Shown here: positions 48,461 to 57,337 of the stretch, one piece after another | How the letters are laid out: every line of letters begins with the position of its first letter | How positions within the stretch are numbered: position 1 is the stretch's first letter | Source of the DNA: a virus | Taxonomy: Duplodnaviria; Caudoviricetes | Direction: 5' to 3' (one strand) | DNA: 64,000 nucleotides | Virus record (IMG/VR): IMGVR_UViG_3300021399_003927 | Span: 32,001 to 96,000 of that record | Notes under the pieces: model-generated | What the model saw: the letters and a program-made list of their open reading frames with translations, nothing else | Told to the model about the DNA's origin: nothing | The model's database searches: none | Translations under genes and position numbers: made by a program

Positions 48461-49483
48461 TTATTTTGACCTTTTTAACTTATTTCTATACCAATTTTTC
48501 AAAATATCATAAATTCCTTTATTTCTTTTAACAAATATATCACCTTGTGGAATCTCCTTTGATGAATATTTTTTGAAACTACCTCTAGCAGTACCATTTT
48601 CCTCATTCCATCTTCCAATGACCCTTCTCATTTTCTTAATCAAATAAGAAATGTTGGCATCGCATAATTTAAAATAGTTTTTTGGTTCATCTATTCTCCT
48701 AATAGATGCATCAATATATTCTTTTGTGTTATCTTTTGTGTAATAATCATCTTTTGAAACATACACTCGTTTCAACAATTTGTAGTCTTTAATTGTACCA
48801 GATAGCATTTTATAGGTCTTAGTGTCTCTGATGTCATTTTCATATTGTGACTCCATATACATTTCTTGAACCCACGCATCTATTTCGTCTCTATCTAATC
48901 TATAATATATCCAAGGTATCGTATAATCTACAATTTGTTTAATAGGGGTATTTGCGGCTGAATTAAAACCAAATTTGTTTTCTATTTCTCTTTGCGCCTT
49001 TGAATACTGGGGTGTGATATTAGTACCACCTCTTCTATATGACTGATAAGCATGTTTTATTTCGTGATTAATTGTAGATACAATATAGTTTTTTTCCCTA
49101 TGAGGTATAGCATCTGTCATTGCCCACACAAACGAAAATGTTATCACTCTATTACTAGGAGAAAAGTTATTTTTCAAATAGCCATTACTAGAAATAAAAT
49201 CCATAACGTCATCAAACGTTTCATTCTGTGGGTTATAATAATACAAATTGACAGTAATTCCATTTAAAAAAGACAATGTTTGAATATTATCAATATCTAA
49301 ATTAAATGTTTTACCATATATTTTTTTATCACCAATCTGGAACGTTTGGCTTCTATATTCTCTATGATGTTCATATATCAAATTAAAAATGGCTATAGAT
49401 ATTTGCATAATATCATTTGACACGCCACCATATTCTAATATTACTTCTTTTACTATGGATTCTATGAGATTATTTTTAATCAT
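48461..49483 (-). CDS. hypothetical HExxH protein
   Basis: HEIKH followed by a downstream E. Confidence 0.6.
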   Translation of the reverse strand: MIKNNLIESIVKEVILEYGGVSNDIMQISIAIFNLIYEHHREYRSQTFQIGDKKIYGKTFNLDIDNIQTLSFLNGITVNLYYYNPQNETFDDVMDFISSNGYLKNNFSPSNRVITFSFVWAMTDAIPHREKNYIVSTINHEIKHAYQSYRRGGTNITPQYSKAQREIENKFGFNSAANTPIKQIVDYTIPWIYYRLDRDEIDAWVQEMYMESQYENDIRDTKTYKMLSGTIKDYKLLKRVYVSKDDYYTKDNTKEYIDASIRRIDEPKNYFKLCDANISYLIKKMRRVIGRWNEENGTARGSFKKYSSKEIPQGDIFVKRNKGIYDILKNWYRNKLKRSK

Positions 49484-49865
49484 AACAAAAATGACATCTA
49501 TTATTTTAATTTATAATAAATATCATTTTAAACTAAAAATAACTGAATGTGTTGTTACACCAAAGACAACGTATATACTTTACGCCTCACGATTCACGTT
49601 TACAATTCGACCAAGAATCCAGCAGCGGCTTTAAAGGTTCTCCAACTTGACTTCACGAGCCTCATTCGGTCTTATATTTCAGATTCTCAGACTTCGACCT
49701 CTCGTCTCTCGCCTATTAGGGATTTGCAACTCCCAAGTTATTTGGATGCACCTAGGGTTTTTATACGAGGTGTAAACCCATAAAACATACTACCTCACCA
49801 CTTACTGAGTACTGTCACTCCTTAGAAGATGGACACTACCAATCCTACTTTTTCAGTTATCTATG

Positions 49866-49953
49866 TAGGGTAGAAGGGATTCGAACCCCCACAAACCTCT
49901 CGGTTTCCACATCCTAAGTGTGGTGCGTCTCAACCTAATTGCGCCACTACCCC
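49866..49953 (-). tRNA. tRNA-Leu(TAG)
   Basis: Class II cloverleaf. Confidence 0.9.
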
Positions 49954-49966
49954 ATAATAAAAACTC

Positions 49967-50093
49967 GGAAACAATTGTTTTTAGACTGCCGTGTTTAGCC
50001 ACTCCACCAACTTTCATCTAAGAAAGTGTGGGATTCGAACCCACGAAATCAATTACGATTAGCTGTTTTGAACAAATATTGCTGTTTGTTTCC
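49967..50093 (-). ncRNA. CAGCA-scaffold RNA with permuted class II (Ser/Leu-like) tRNA
   Basis: Variable arm, T arm and ACTTTC come before GAAAGT, D arm and GCAGTCT; opened in the anticodon loop. Confidence 0.8.
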
Positions 50094-50121
50094 TTTATAA
50101 AAAAAAGCGATTGAATAATTG

Positions 50122-50195
50122 TAGGGGCGATGGATAATGCTCCCACTATCTCATGCTTATAAGGCATGTGCTTTTACTGTCTAAGCTACACCCCA
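50122..50195 (-). tRNA. tRNA-Ile(TAT)
   Basis: CATGC-CTTATAA-GCATG; aberrant T-loop. Confidence 0.7.
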
Positions 50196-50389
50196 ATCTT
50201 CCAATATGGATAATTCCTCTTTTCAGATTCTGGCGTATCTGTTAATTCATACCTTGCGCCACAGTAAGGACAATGGGCATAAGTCACCATTGCATCGTCT
50301 TCTTCACTCAAATCTTCTCCGTTGATTTCACTGAGCATAAAGTTTCCCTCTAGAATTAGGTCATGCTCACAACGCATACATTTTTCCAT
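50186..50389 (-). CDS. small Zn-ribbon protein
   Basis: CMRC and CPYC. Confidence 0.6.
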   Translation of the reverse strand: MEKCMRCEHDLILEGNFMLSEINGEDLSEEDDAMVTYAHCPYCGARYELTDTPESEKRNYPYWKIGV

Positions 50390-50407
50390 ATTGAATTAGT
50401 TTTATTG

Positions 50408-50479
50408 AGCAGTGTAGGAGATTCGAACTCCCTCCTTGACCTTGGCAAGGTTATATGCTACCATTAACACCAACACTGC
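50408..50479 (-). tRNA. tRNA-Gly(GCC)
   Basis: Cloverleaf, U73. Confidence 0.9.
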
Positions 50480-50648
50480 AAAGTCAGTTTTTATAACCGT
50501 AAAACTGAAAAACTTCCTCCACCTACGATGAGGCAATAGTTTGAATTCCTTCAGGGACTACTGACGTTACGTTGAGCCTCAAATCTCTTTTGATGGTCTT
50601 TTTTAACGTGCAGATAATCTAGCAAGTAGTATGTACACGATATTTTAA

Positions 50649-50794
50649 GGAAACGTTTGTTGTTTATTTTAAGTGCTCTAGCCGACTGAGCTACCACGCT
50701 ATGTTATTATAATTTAGCAGCGTGGGCAGGACTCGAACCTGCGACCCCTAGCTTGTAATGCTTTTTTAAACGATATACATTGCTGTACGTTTCC
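50649..50794 (-). ncRNA. CAGCA-scaffold RNA with permuted tRNA (TAC)
   Basis: AGC-ATTACAA-GCT, T arm and CCACGCT come before AGCGTGG and the D arm. Confidence 0.85.
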
Positions 50795-50800
50795 ACGTTG

Positions 50801-51358
50801 AGCGAGTGAACGGAATCGAACCGTCATATTCAGCTTGCTTACCACACTATGTTACCATAGCCAAACAAATGCTTCCCTTTCAAGGCATATTTAACTCTTC
50901 TAAGCTCATTTGTCTGTTGTAGTCTGGAATACATCTTTACCATATTGAAATTCTTGCAAGATATATTTGAACATTCTTCCTCTTCTTTTTCCCAATAGGC
51001 TCTATATATTACGCAAAGAGTTGTACGCTATTATCCTCTTGGCAAGTTCAAATATAAATTTCAACTTAGGTATCTCCTATATACTCTCTACACATTTATG
51101 AGAATAAACTATTGGTTAAATAGACTTACTTACAAGGTTTTTCCTTTTCTTGTACCTATTATTCTCAATTTAGCACGGTATTATCCTTCCCCATTATTGT
51201 TTAGGAGGCACTGATAGTCTTATACAGTACGATTTATTATTATACTACTCGTAAGGACTTCCACCGTTTTAGGGAGATTCTACTATGGGATTTCTCGCCA
51301 TAGCACTTCATTTTCAGTCCTTTGGAGGGCTGACATTCTACCATTGAACTACACTCGC
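50801..51358 (-). tRNA. tRNA-Gly(TCC) split by a group I intron
   Basis: Exons 51325-51358 and 50801-50837; loop CCTC|CAA. Confidence 0.85.
50838..51324 (-). mobile_element. group I intron (about 487 nt) at position 35/36
   Basis: Shared core; IGS ATGAAG. Confidence 0.85.
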
Positions 51359-51565
51359 TTGGTGAACTAACTTAGTGATGTTCCACAAATGTATTTTATG
51401 AACACATATATTTAATGAAAAGACAAGAACATCTAGTTTGGTATTAGTTCGTGAGCTGTTTACTTTTCGCAGCAACCGTTTATCTAACTACCTACTTTGC
51501 AGAAATGAGGAGAATGTAGACATTTGATAGTCGATAAACTTGCGGTTTTAACGATTCACCGCCAA
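51359..51565 (-). ncRNA. structured RNA displaying the target of the tRNA-shaped RNAs
   Basis: GTTTATC-GACTATC/GGTAGTT-A-GATAAAC stem whose loop contains TGTCTACATTCTCCTC. Confidence 0.5.
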
Positions 51566-51597
51566 CGCCTTATTTTTTAGTATTCTCCTAAAACTCT

Positions 51598-52620
51598 TTA
51601 CTGAACAGTAGTTGGCTTAACGATTGCCAAACGGTTAAGCTTAACACCCTCACCTACGGCCTTATTAACTCTCACACCACGAGCCTTAAGGTACTCTGCA
51701 ACAGCATCTGCTCTGCGCTGTGAAAGCTCCTTGTTATAAGCTTCACTACCCTCTGGTGATGCATATCCGAACACGTCAACGATACCATCTTGTCCGATTG
51801 TGTTAAGAACTGCCTTTGCATCACTTGTAAGCTCTGCGCTATTGAAAGCGAACTCAACCGTCCACTCATTAGTCTTTTCAACAACACGGAAGATAGGTTT
51901 CTCAACAACAACTTGCGTTACAACCGTATCAACTGGATGTAGTCTCTGACACTCATCAAGAGCACCATTGAGTCGGCTAATCTCAGCATTCATTGCGCCA
52001 ATGTCATAAGTCTTGAAGTGATGAGTACCGTTGCTAGTCTTGAAGTGGTATACATAACTTACGTTAAGTGCCAACTGTGAACCACGCTTATCAAACTGAA
52101 TATCACCAAACTTGTGGAGATTCCAATAGATTGCTGGAGTCAAGACCAACGAATGAGCCTTTTTCTTACCAATGTTCCAAGCAAAGTCAAGACCTGTCTT
52201 AGAACTTAGATAGTTGTTACTTGTGTTCCATGTATGAAGCCAACCGATACCTGCAATTGCACTAACTTCAAACTTCCTAGGAGTACCTTGGTATCCACCA
52301 AATACATTTGACAAATTGAGTGCGCCATTAAGACCTACGTTTGTTGCCTTTACTGATGTCTTGATGTCAGTGAAATGGTTGTCATTCAAAAATGCCAAAC
52401 CTTCTACTTGGAAACCGAATGCTGGAGTGAAATCCTTAGTGAACTTAAGACCAACATTTGTGTTGAGAGGGAAAACTGAGTTGAAGTCAAGCGGAGTTGA
52501 AACGCCACCAGTGATACCGATGCCAATGTTATCAAGTGCTGAACTGTTCTCAGTTGCAATCTGTGCCTTTGCACCAACTACGGCACTAAAAAGTGCCAAC
52601 ATTAAAATTAATTTTCTCAT
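51598..52620 (-). CDS. ompA: OmpA family outer membrane protein
   Basis: Signal peptide, beta-barrel, GYASPEG, NKELSQRRA. Confidence 0.88.
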   Translation of the reverse strand: MRKLILMLALFSAVVGAKAQIATENSSALDNIGIGITGGVSTPLDFNSVFPLNTNVGLKFTKDFTPAFGFQVEGLAFLNDNHFTDIKTSVKATNVGLNGALNLSNVFGGYQGTPRKFEVSAIAGIGWLHTWNTSNNYLSSKTGLDFAWNIGKKKAHSLVLTPAIYWNLHKFGDIQFDKRGSQLALNVSYVYHFKTSNGTHHFKTYDIGAMNAEISRLNGALDECQRLHPVDTVVTQVVVEKPIFRVVEKTNEWTVEFAFNSAELTSDAKAVLNTIGQDGIVDVFGYASPEGSEAYNKELSQRRADAVAEYLKARGVRVNKAVGEGVKLNRLAIVKPTTVQ

Positions 52621-52699
52621 AACTTTTTTTAATTGTGCTATTTTTTAATAATGTTATTTCAAATGCAAAAATATACAAAAAAATTGTAAATCCCAAATT

Positions 52700-53005
52700 T
52701 TAGAATGGTAATTTATCAATTTTCTTTAATTTCCATTTGTATGTATACGTTCTAACCCCATTGTTCTTAACCATTTTATATGTTGGAGTGCTCACATAAA
52801 AACTTTTTCTTGTGAACGCTTTTATTATCAACGTAAATGCATCAGAACAATAAGGATAACTAGATGTTTCTATTGTAACCTCTATTTCATCACCGACATT
52901 TTTGACGTCATATTCATCAATGCTGTCTTGAATTTCCTTAATGAAGAAATAGCAATACCTTGGAAAATCAATATGCTCTTTTGTTATTTTTTGATATTCG
53001 CCCAT
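52700..53005 (-). CDS. hypothetical protein
   Basis: 101-aa ORF. Confidence 0.55.
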   Translation of the reverse strand: MGEYQKITKEHIDFPRYCYFFIKEIQDSIDEYDVKNVGDEIEVTIETSSYPYCSDAFTLIIKAFTRKSFYVSTPTYKMVKNNGVRTYTYKWKLKKIDKLPF

Positions 53006-53025
53006 AACATTTAATTAAAAAAAAC

Positions 53026-53139
53026 GGATACTTTTGTTTTAACCAATACCTCCGAAGAGGCTTTCTTCCTATTTTTGACGGAAAAATTTGGATTCGAACC
53101 AAAAAGCTGTAACAAAAGTCACACTTGCTGTTAGTATCC
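53026..53139 (-). ncRNA. CAGCA-scaffold RNA with permuted T-arm/acceptor cargo
   Basis: TTTGG-TTCGAAT-CCAAA-TTTTTCC comes before GGAAGAA. Confidence 0.75.
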
Positions 53140-53143
53140 TAGG

Positions 53144-53276
53144 TTGATGGTATGGGATTCGAACCCATGTTGCCGATAGGCTGCGCTCCTACAAAATCAT
53201 TCGCCCATTCATAGGATTCACTACTCTCTAGTTTCTTTTAGTGCCGCCTTGCGCAATCCTCTTACTGAACCATCAA
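53144..53276 (-). ncRNA. tRNA shell with an insert of about 95 nt
   Basis: TGATGGT/ACCATCA plus ATGGG-TTCGAAT-CCCAT. Confidence 0.6.
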
Positions 53277-53280
53277 TTTG

Positions 53281-53353
53281 TCTAGGTGACCAGACTCGAA
53301 CTGACAACCTCAGCATCCCAAATGCCGTGCGCTACCTATTGCGCCACACCTAG
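53281..53353 (-). tRNA. tRNA-Pro(TGG)
   Basis: Cloverleaf. Confidence 0.9.
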
Positions 53354-53454
53354 ATAAAACGATGCAAGTGATAAACCTCGCAGTTTTTTTATTTAACGTG
53401 GAGAACCTTGGATACTTCCTGCGTTACCAAACTCCATTCCTACCTTATGGTTTC

Positions 53455-53589
53455 GGAAACATTTTTTTGCTTTCTCTACCAACTGAGCTACCTCCCCAAG
53501 TTATCTGATTTTGTGGGGAGGGTGAGACTCGAACTCACGACCCTTTGATTATCAGTCAAATGCTTGCGTAATACTTGCTGTATGTTTCC
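53455..53589 (-). ncRNA. CAGCA-scaffold RNA with permuted tRNA-Ile(GAT)
   Basis: TTTGA-CTGATAA-TCAAA, T arm and CCTCCCC come before GGGGAGG and the D arm. Confidence 0.88.
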
Positions 53590-53649
53590 TTATGTTTTGC
53601 AAAGATATACAAAATATTTTTTATTTCCAAATTTTCAAAGAACTTTTTT

Positions 53650-53832
53650 TCAATCCACCTCTATTTTGTTTCCGCAACTTGGACAAGTGATAAACTTACC
53701 AATATAGGTTTCTCCAGCATATGACTGAACACCATAGGAACACTCTTTTTCTTCAATGTCAGATGCACTATATTCCAAATAAGAACAGCATTTTGAACAT
53801 TTAACTATATTTCCTTCTAATTTTTTTACCAT
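53650..53832 (-). CDS. small Zn-ribbon protein
   Basis: CSKC and CPSC. Confidence 0.55.
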   Translation of the reverse strand: MVKKLEGNIVKCSKCCSYLEYSASDIEEKECSYGVQSYAGETYIGKFITCPSCGNKIEVD

Positions 53833-54021
53833 TTTTTTTTTGACGTTAAAATCCCATTTCTTCTTTGGTAGGTTCTTCTGAACCGCCTATTCTTATACCT
53901 TCTGCCAATAGTTTCAGCATTTCCCTATCTTTTTCGTTTGGAAATCTTTTTTCTGCCATTCGATAAAATTTTCTTTTTTTCATATTTGGGTGTACGACAG
54001 GATTCAAACCTGCGTATACAT

Positions 54022-54432
54022 TTATTCTATTAATTTAATTTTACTTCTATGAAATCTCTTACTATTTTTATTTAAACTGCCAAAATTTTCTGTTAAACAA
54101 TGGCAGTTGGGGCATAATAATTGAAGGTTTTCTAATTTATTATTTGTACAGTCCCCATCAATGTGATGAACCTCTAATGGAATGTTGTGTGTTATTGGGT
54201 GTTCTTCTCCCCAACCGCATTTTTCGCATTTATTATTATGCAACTCCATTAAATATTTTTTTATAAATGTTGGTATTTGATGTCCACCTTTCACAAAATT
54301 TTCTCCACTTAACCATCTTTGAATTAACTCATTATATCTATATTCAGCTGAACATTTATGACAACAAAATTTATTGTTTCTTTGTTCGTATGTTAATTCT
54401 TTACCACAGTTAGTACATATATGCTTTTTTTT
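54022..54432 (-). pseudogene. 5'-truncated HNH endonuclease
   Basis: Frame stays open up to tRNA-His (KHICTNCGK...) with no ATG; HHIDGD, NLQLLCPNCH. Confidence 0.7.
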
Positions 54433-54435
54433 TAG

Positions 54436-54508
54436 GGTGAAAGGAGAATTTCGAAATCTCGCCCTCTTGGTTCACAGCCAAGCGCTCTTCCTCTGAGCTA
54501 CAATCACC
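54436..54508 (-). tRNA. tRNA-His(GTG)
   Basis: G-1, C73. Confidence 0.85.
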
Positions 54509-54699
54509 ATATTTGAACAGTAGTATATACCATTACGAGCATATACCATTACTAGTTACTATCAATTACCTCAACATATCGTTATCATTTTTACAGTACT
54601 ACTATTATATGACTATTGTTTGCCTACTTCTTATCAAGTCTGTTCTTCTATGTAGACTTCCGAGCATTGTCCAAAGCGGTGACTACAATCCCCCAATGC

Positions 54700-54785
54700 G
54701 TAGGCTGTATGGGACTCGAACCCATCGTTCTGTATGGTCTTCGTGCGCCTAACCGACTAGCGTTTCCCTACCACATTGACAGCCC
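54700..54785 (-). ncRNA. tRNA shell with rearranged core
   Basis: GGGCTGT/ACAGCCT, T arm, nested D-like hairpin. Confidence 0.55.
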
Positions 54786-54797
54786 ATGTTAAAAAAC

Positions 54798-54910
54798 GGA
54801 ATCCTTTAAACTAAGGTAGGTAGGGAGTCGAACCCTAATCTCTTGGTAAAATCCAAGGCTCTACCATTGAGCTACCCATCTGGAGTTTTTACCTTATGCT
54901 GCAAGATTCC
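54798..54910 (-). ncRNA. CAGCA-scaffold RNA with degenerate full tRNA
   Basis: GGAATCTTGCAGCA...GATTCC; 6-nt anticodon loop. Confidence 0.75.
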
Positions 54911-54914
54911 TTTG

Positions 54915-54997
54915 TCAGGTGGGTAGGATTCAAACCTACGAACTTCTGCTATATCAACACGGCTATATTTGCAGAACAATGATGCCGTTTCCACCTG
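54915..54997 (-). ncRNA. D-armless pseudoknotted tRNA-like RNA
   Basis: CAGGTGG/CCACCTG, T arm, ACGGC/GCCGT. Confidence 0.55.
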
Positions 54998-55002
54998 TTT
55001 TG

Positions 55003-55075
55003 TCTAGATGAAAGGACTCGAACCTTCGACCCCAGCATCCCAAATGCCGCGTTCTACCTACTGAACTACACCTAG
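55003..55075 (-). tRNA. tRNA-Pro(TGG)
   Basis: Cloverleaf. Confidence 0.9.
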
Positions 55076-55084
55076 ATAGTTTTG

Positions 55085-55178
55085 TCGAGGGGGTGTGACT
55101 TGAACACACTTACTGCGAGTCCACTACGACAATTTGTTAATGCAGGGCGGTTTTACAGACCGCTGCCGTTACCCCTCG
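55085..55178 (-). ncRNA. D-armless tRNA-like RNA, anticodon GTA
   Basis: CGAGGGG/CCCCTCG; GCGGT-CTGTAAA-ACCGC; large variable arm. Confidence 0.7.
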
Positions 55179-55410
55179 AATTAAGCATAGGTTTCTCAAC
55201 CACAATCCTTTCGAATTGACCACAGTGGTGAACTGTGTATGCTTTTATGTTTATTTAATTTTGGTAACGATATACCTGTTGGCTATATCTTTAAATTATT
55301 TTTATTAGAAAGTCAGTGGCGAGAGCATCGCCTGGTAAAATATTCACATACTCCACCAAGCTAAGTTGGATAAAATATATTAGAGTATGCTCTGCCACCG
55401 ACTATAGTAA

Positions 55411-55471
55411 GTGGTGCTTGCTGTTACACGCAATTTAAGAGAATGACTGCTTCCAAGCCAACTCACACCAC
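55411..55471 (-). ncRNA. 23S rRNA H43-H44 (uL11/GTPase centre) mimic
   Basis: GTTGGCTTGGAAGCAGTCATTC-TCTTAAA-TTGCGTGTAACAGC closed by GTGGTGT/GCACCAC. Confidence 0.75.
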
Positions 55472-55626
55472 ATATGGTTTAACCAAATAAGATTCAGAAG
55501 AACGACTTACTGCATGAACAGACCTATGAATATCAGAGACAAAACTACCCATCTTGATATACGGTATGAACTTTTGTTCTTCCTTTCTTGATTTATTCAA
55601 CTTCATATCTCAATCTTGTTTATTCG

Positions 55627-55956
55627 TTATAAAGTATGTTTCATCCACACATAATCAGCATCTTCATCATCGTAACAGAAATCACTATATCCGTGATTAG
55701 CATACCAATCGTGTACCCAAGATGATTTTAGCACCTTCAGACATATTACAGTATAATTGTACTTCTTGACTTCTTTATCAGCAAGTTCAAGTATTCTGTT
55801 ACCAAGTCCACGACCTCTTGCTGATTGCTCTACCTTTACGTTTGATAGATACATAGTATTCTTATCATCATTATAGGCATATAGAGCAAACCTACAGCAA
55901 TCATTCTTGTAATGATAAACTACACCCCAATCTGTTGTTTCTTTCGTGATGTTCAT
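55627..55956 (-). CDS. GNAT acetyltransferase
   Basis: RGRGLG and WYANHGY. Confidence 0.85.
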   Translation of the reverse strand: MNITKETTDWGVVYHYKNDCCRFALYAYNDDKNTMYLSNVKVEQSARGRGLGNRILELADKEVKKYNYTVICLKVLKSSWVHDWYANHGYSDFCYDDEDADYVWMKHTL

Positions 55957-56508
55957 ACCTTATTTATTATACCCACGCTGCTGCTTCTCTTGCATCAGCA
56001 CGGTAGTTCTCACTGTCTACTGCGTCCTTAATGGCACGTTGAATTTCTTCATCGTTCTGTATCAGTTCTAATAATTCTTCTCTTGTCATAGTAACAAATA
56101 TTAATAAGGTGGATATAACGAACTAACAATAATATTCTCTGAGAATTCTGTAGCAAGTTCTTGCAATATCTCTGCTGCATACTTATCACCACGCATCAAT
56201 CCGTGCTTAGAAAGCGTATTCTTGATGTCATTTTTAATTTCTGGTTTCAATAAATCTTGTATCATATTTATCATACATTATAATGAAAGTCTTTGCATTT
56301 CATCTTAGACAAAATTAAACTTGATTTGGTTTCACGCTCAAGTTTTTTAAGTCTCTCGTTCATTGCAATTGTCTCTTCTGTAATTTCTTTCTTATCCATA
56401 TCTCAATCCTCCTTTACTTTACTGTGTTGACCTAATTTGTAGCCAATAAGGAACGTGAACAAACACGCTAATAAAAATTGAATAAATGTACTCATATTTC
56501 AATCTCAT

Positions 56509-57108
56509 TTATATGCCTAATGCTGTTTTATACTCTTTTGTCAAATCGTCACCGTAGATACTATTCCACCTCATATAGTGTTTACTGTAAATGGTCTGTT
56601 TCGTTGTATCGAAATCCATATTATTAGGACTCAAGTACAGAAGATTAGAATCGTATGATGATGCCTTGCTCGTTCTGTTCTGTAAGCATACATTAAGCAT
56701 CACATACTTGTATGGCTCACTGAACCTCTTGAAGCCAAACATCTGATATAATCTGCACAACCCCTCTGACTCAGCCTCTACAACAACTGGACGTTTGAAT
56801 TGTTTCAATATGTCTATCACCCTATTCATTACCTCTTTGGATGAACGTCTATGGGCTGTATCAATGATGAAATAATCAACTACTACGAACTCATTGAGTT
56901 TTACACCTGATAGCATACCTATCAACTCACCGTCATCTTCAATCTTGTAGACGAAGTAATCTTCTCCGCTATACAGTTTACTATAGTTCTCAGTGTAATA
57001 GACAAACTCATTGCTTGAGACTATTTCGTGAGGTTTGAAATATTCTCGCATCAATGCTTGAACCTTTGCCAAGTCATCTATGTTCTTCGTGCGCTGGATG
57101 TTTATCAT
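56509..57108 (-). CDS. GNAT-like protein
   Basis: DYFIID, VEAE, LYQMFGF. Confidence 0.6.
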   Translation of the reverse strand: MINIQRTKNIDDLAKVQALMREYFKPHEIVSSNEFVYYTENYSKLYSGEDYFVYKIEDDGELIGMLSGVKLNEFVVVDYFIIDTAHRRSSKEVMNRVIDILKQFKRPVVVEAESEGLCRLYQMFGFKRFSEPYKYVMLNVCLQNRTSKASSYDSNLLYLSPNNMDFDTTKQTIYSKHYMRWNSIYGDDLTKEYKTALGI

Positions 57109-57337
57109 ACGCTACCCCTTTCATATTTTCTCAATTCATTTACGAAGTCATAGACACCTACGACAACTATAAGTATTAGTCCAAATAGATTTGATGCCAT
57201 ACGCTATTTATTTACCTACATTCAAGATTTCTTTAATACCTTTCAGTATATTGAAGCCTACATAGCACAAATATCCTGCTACTGATACAACTATAATTAA
57301 CCCAATTGCTATCAGTATAAGTGTAATCGTATTCATA

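Noticed and set aside
28202-51324. CRISPR array or dispersed repeat from the three repeated blocks
   Set aside because: The blocks are group I intron cores; there is no regular repeat-spacer pattern
54525-54590. Short TATACCATTAC repeats resembling tRNA D-loops
   Set aside because: Only two exact copies in AT-rich DNA
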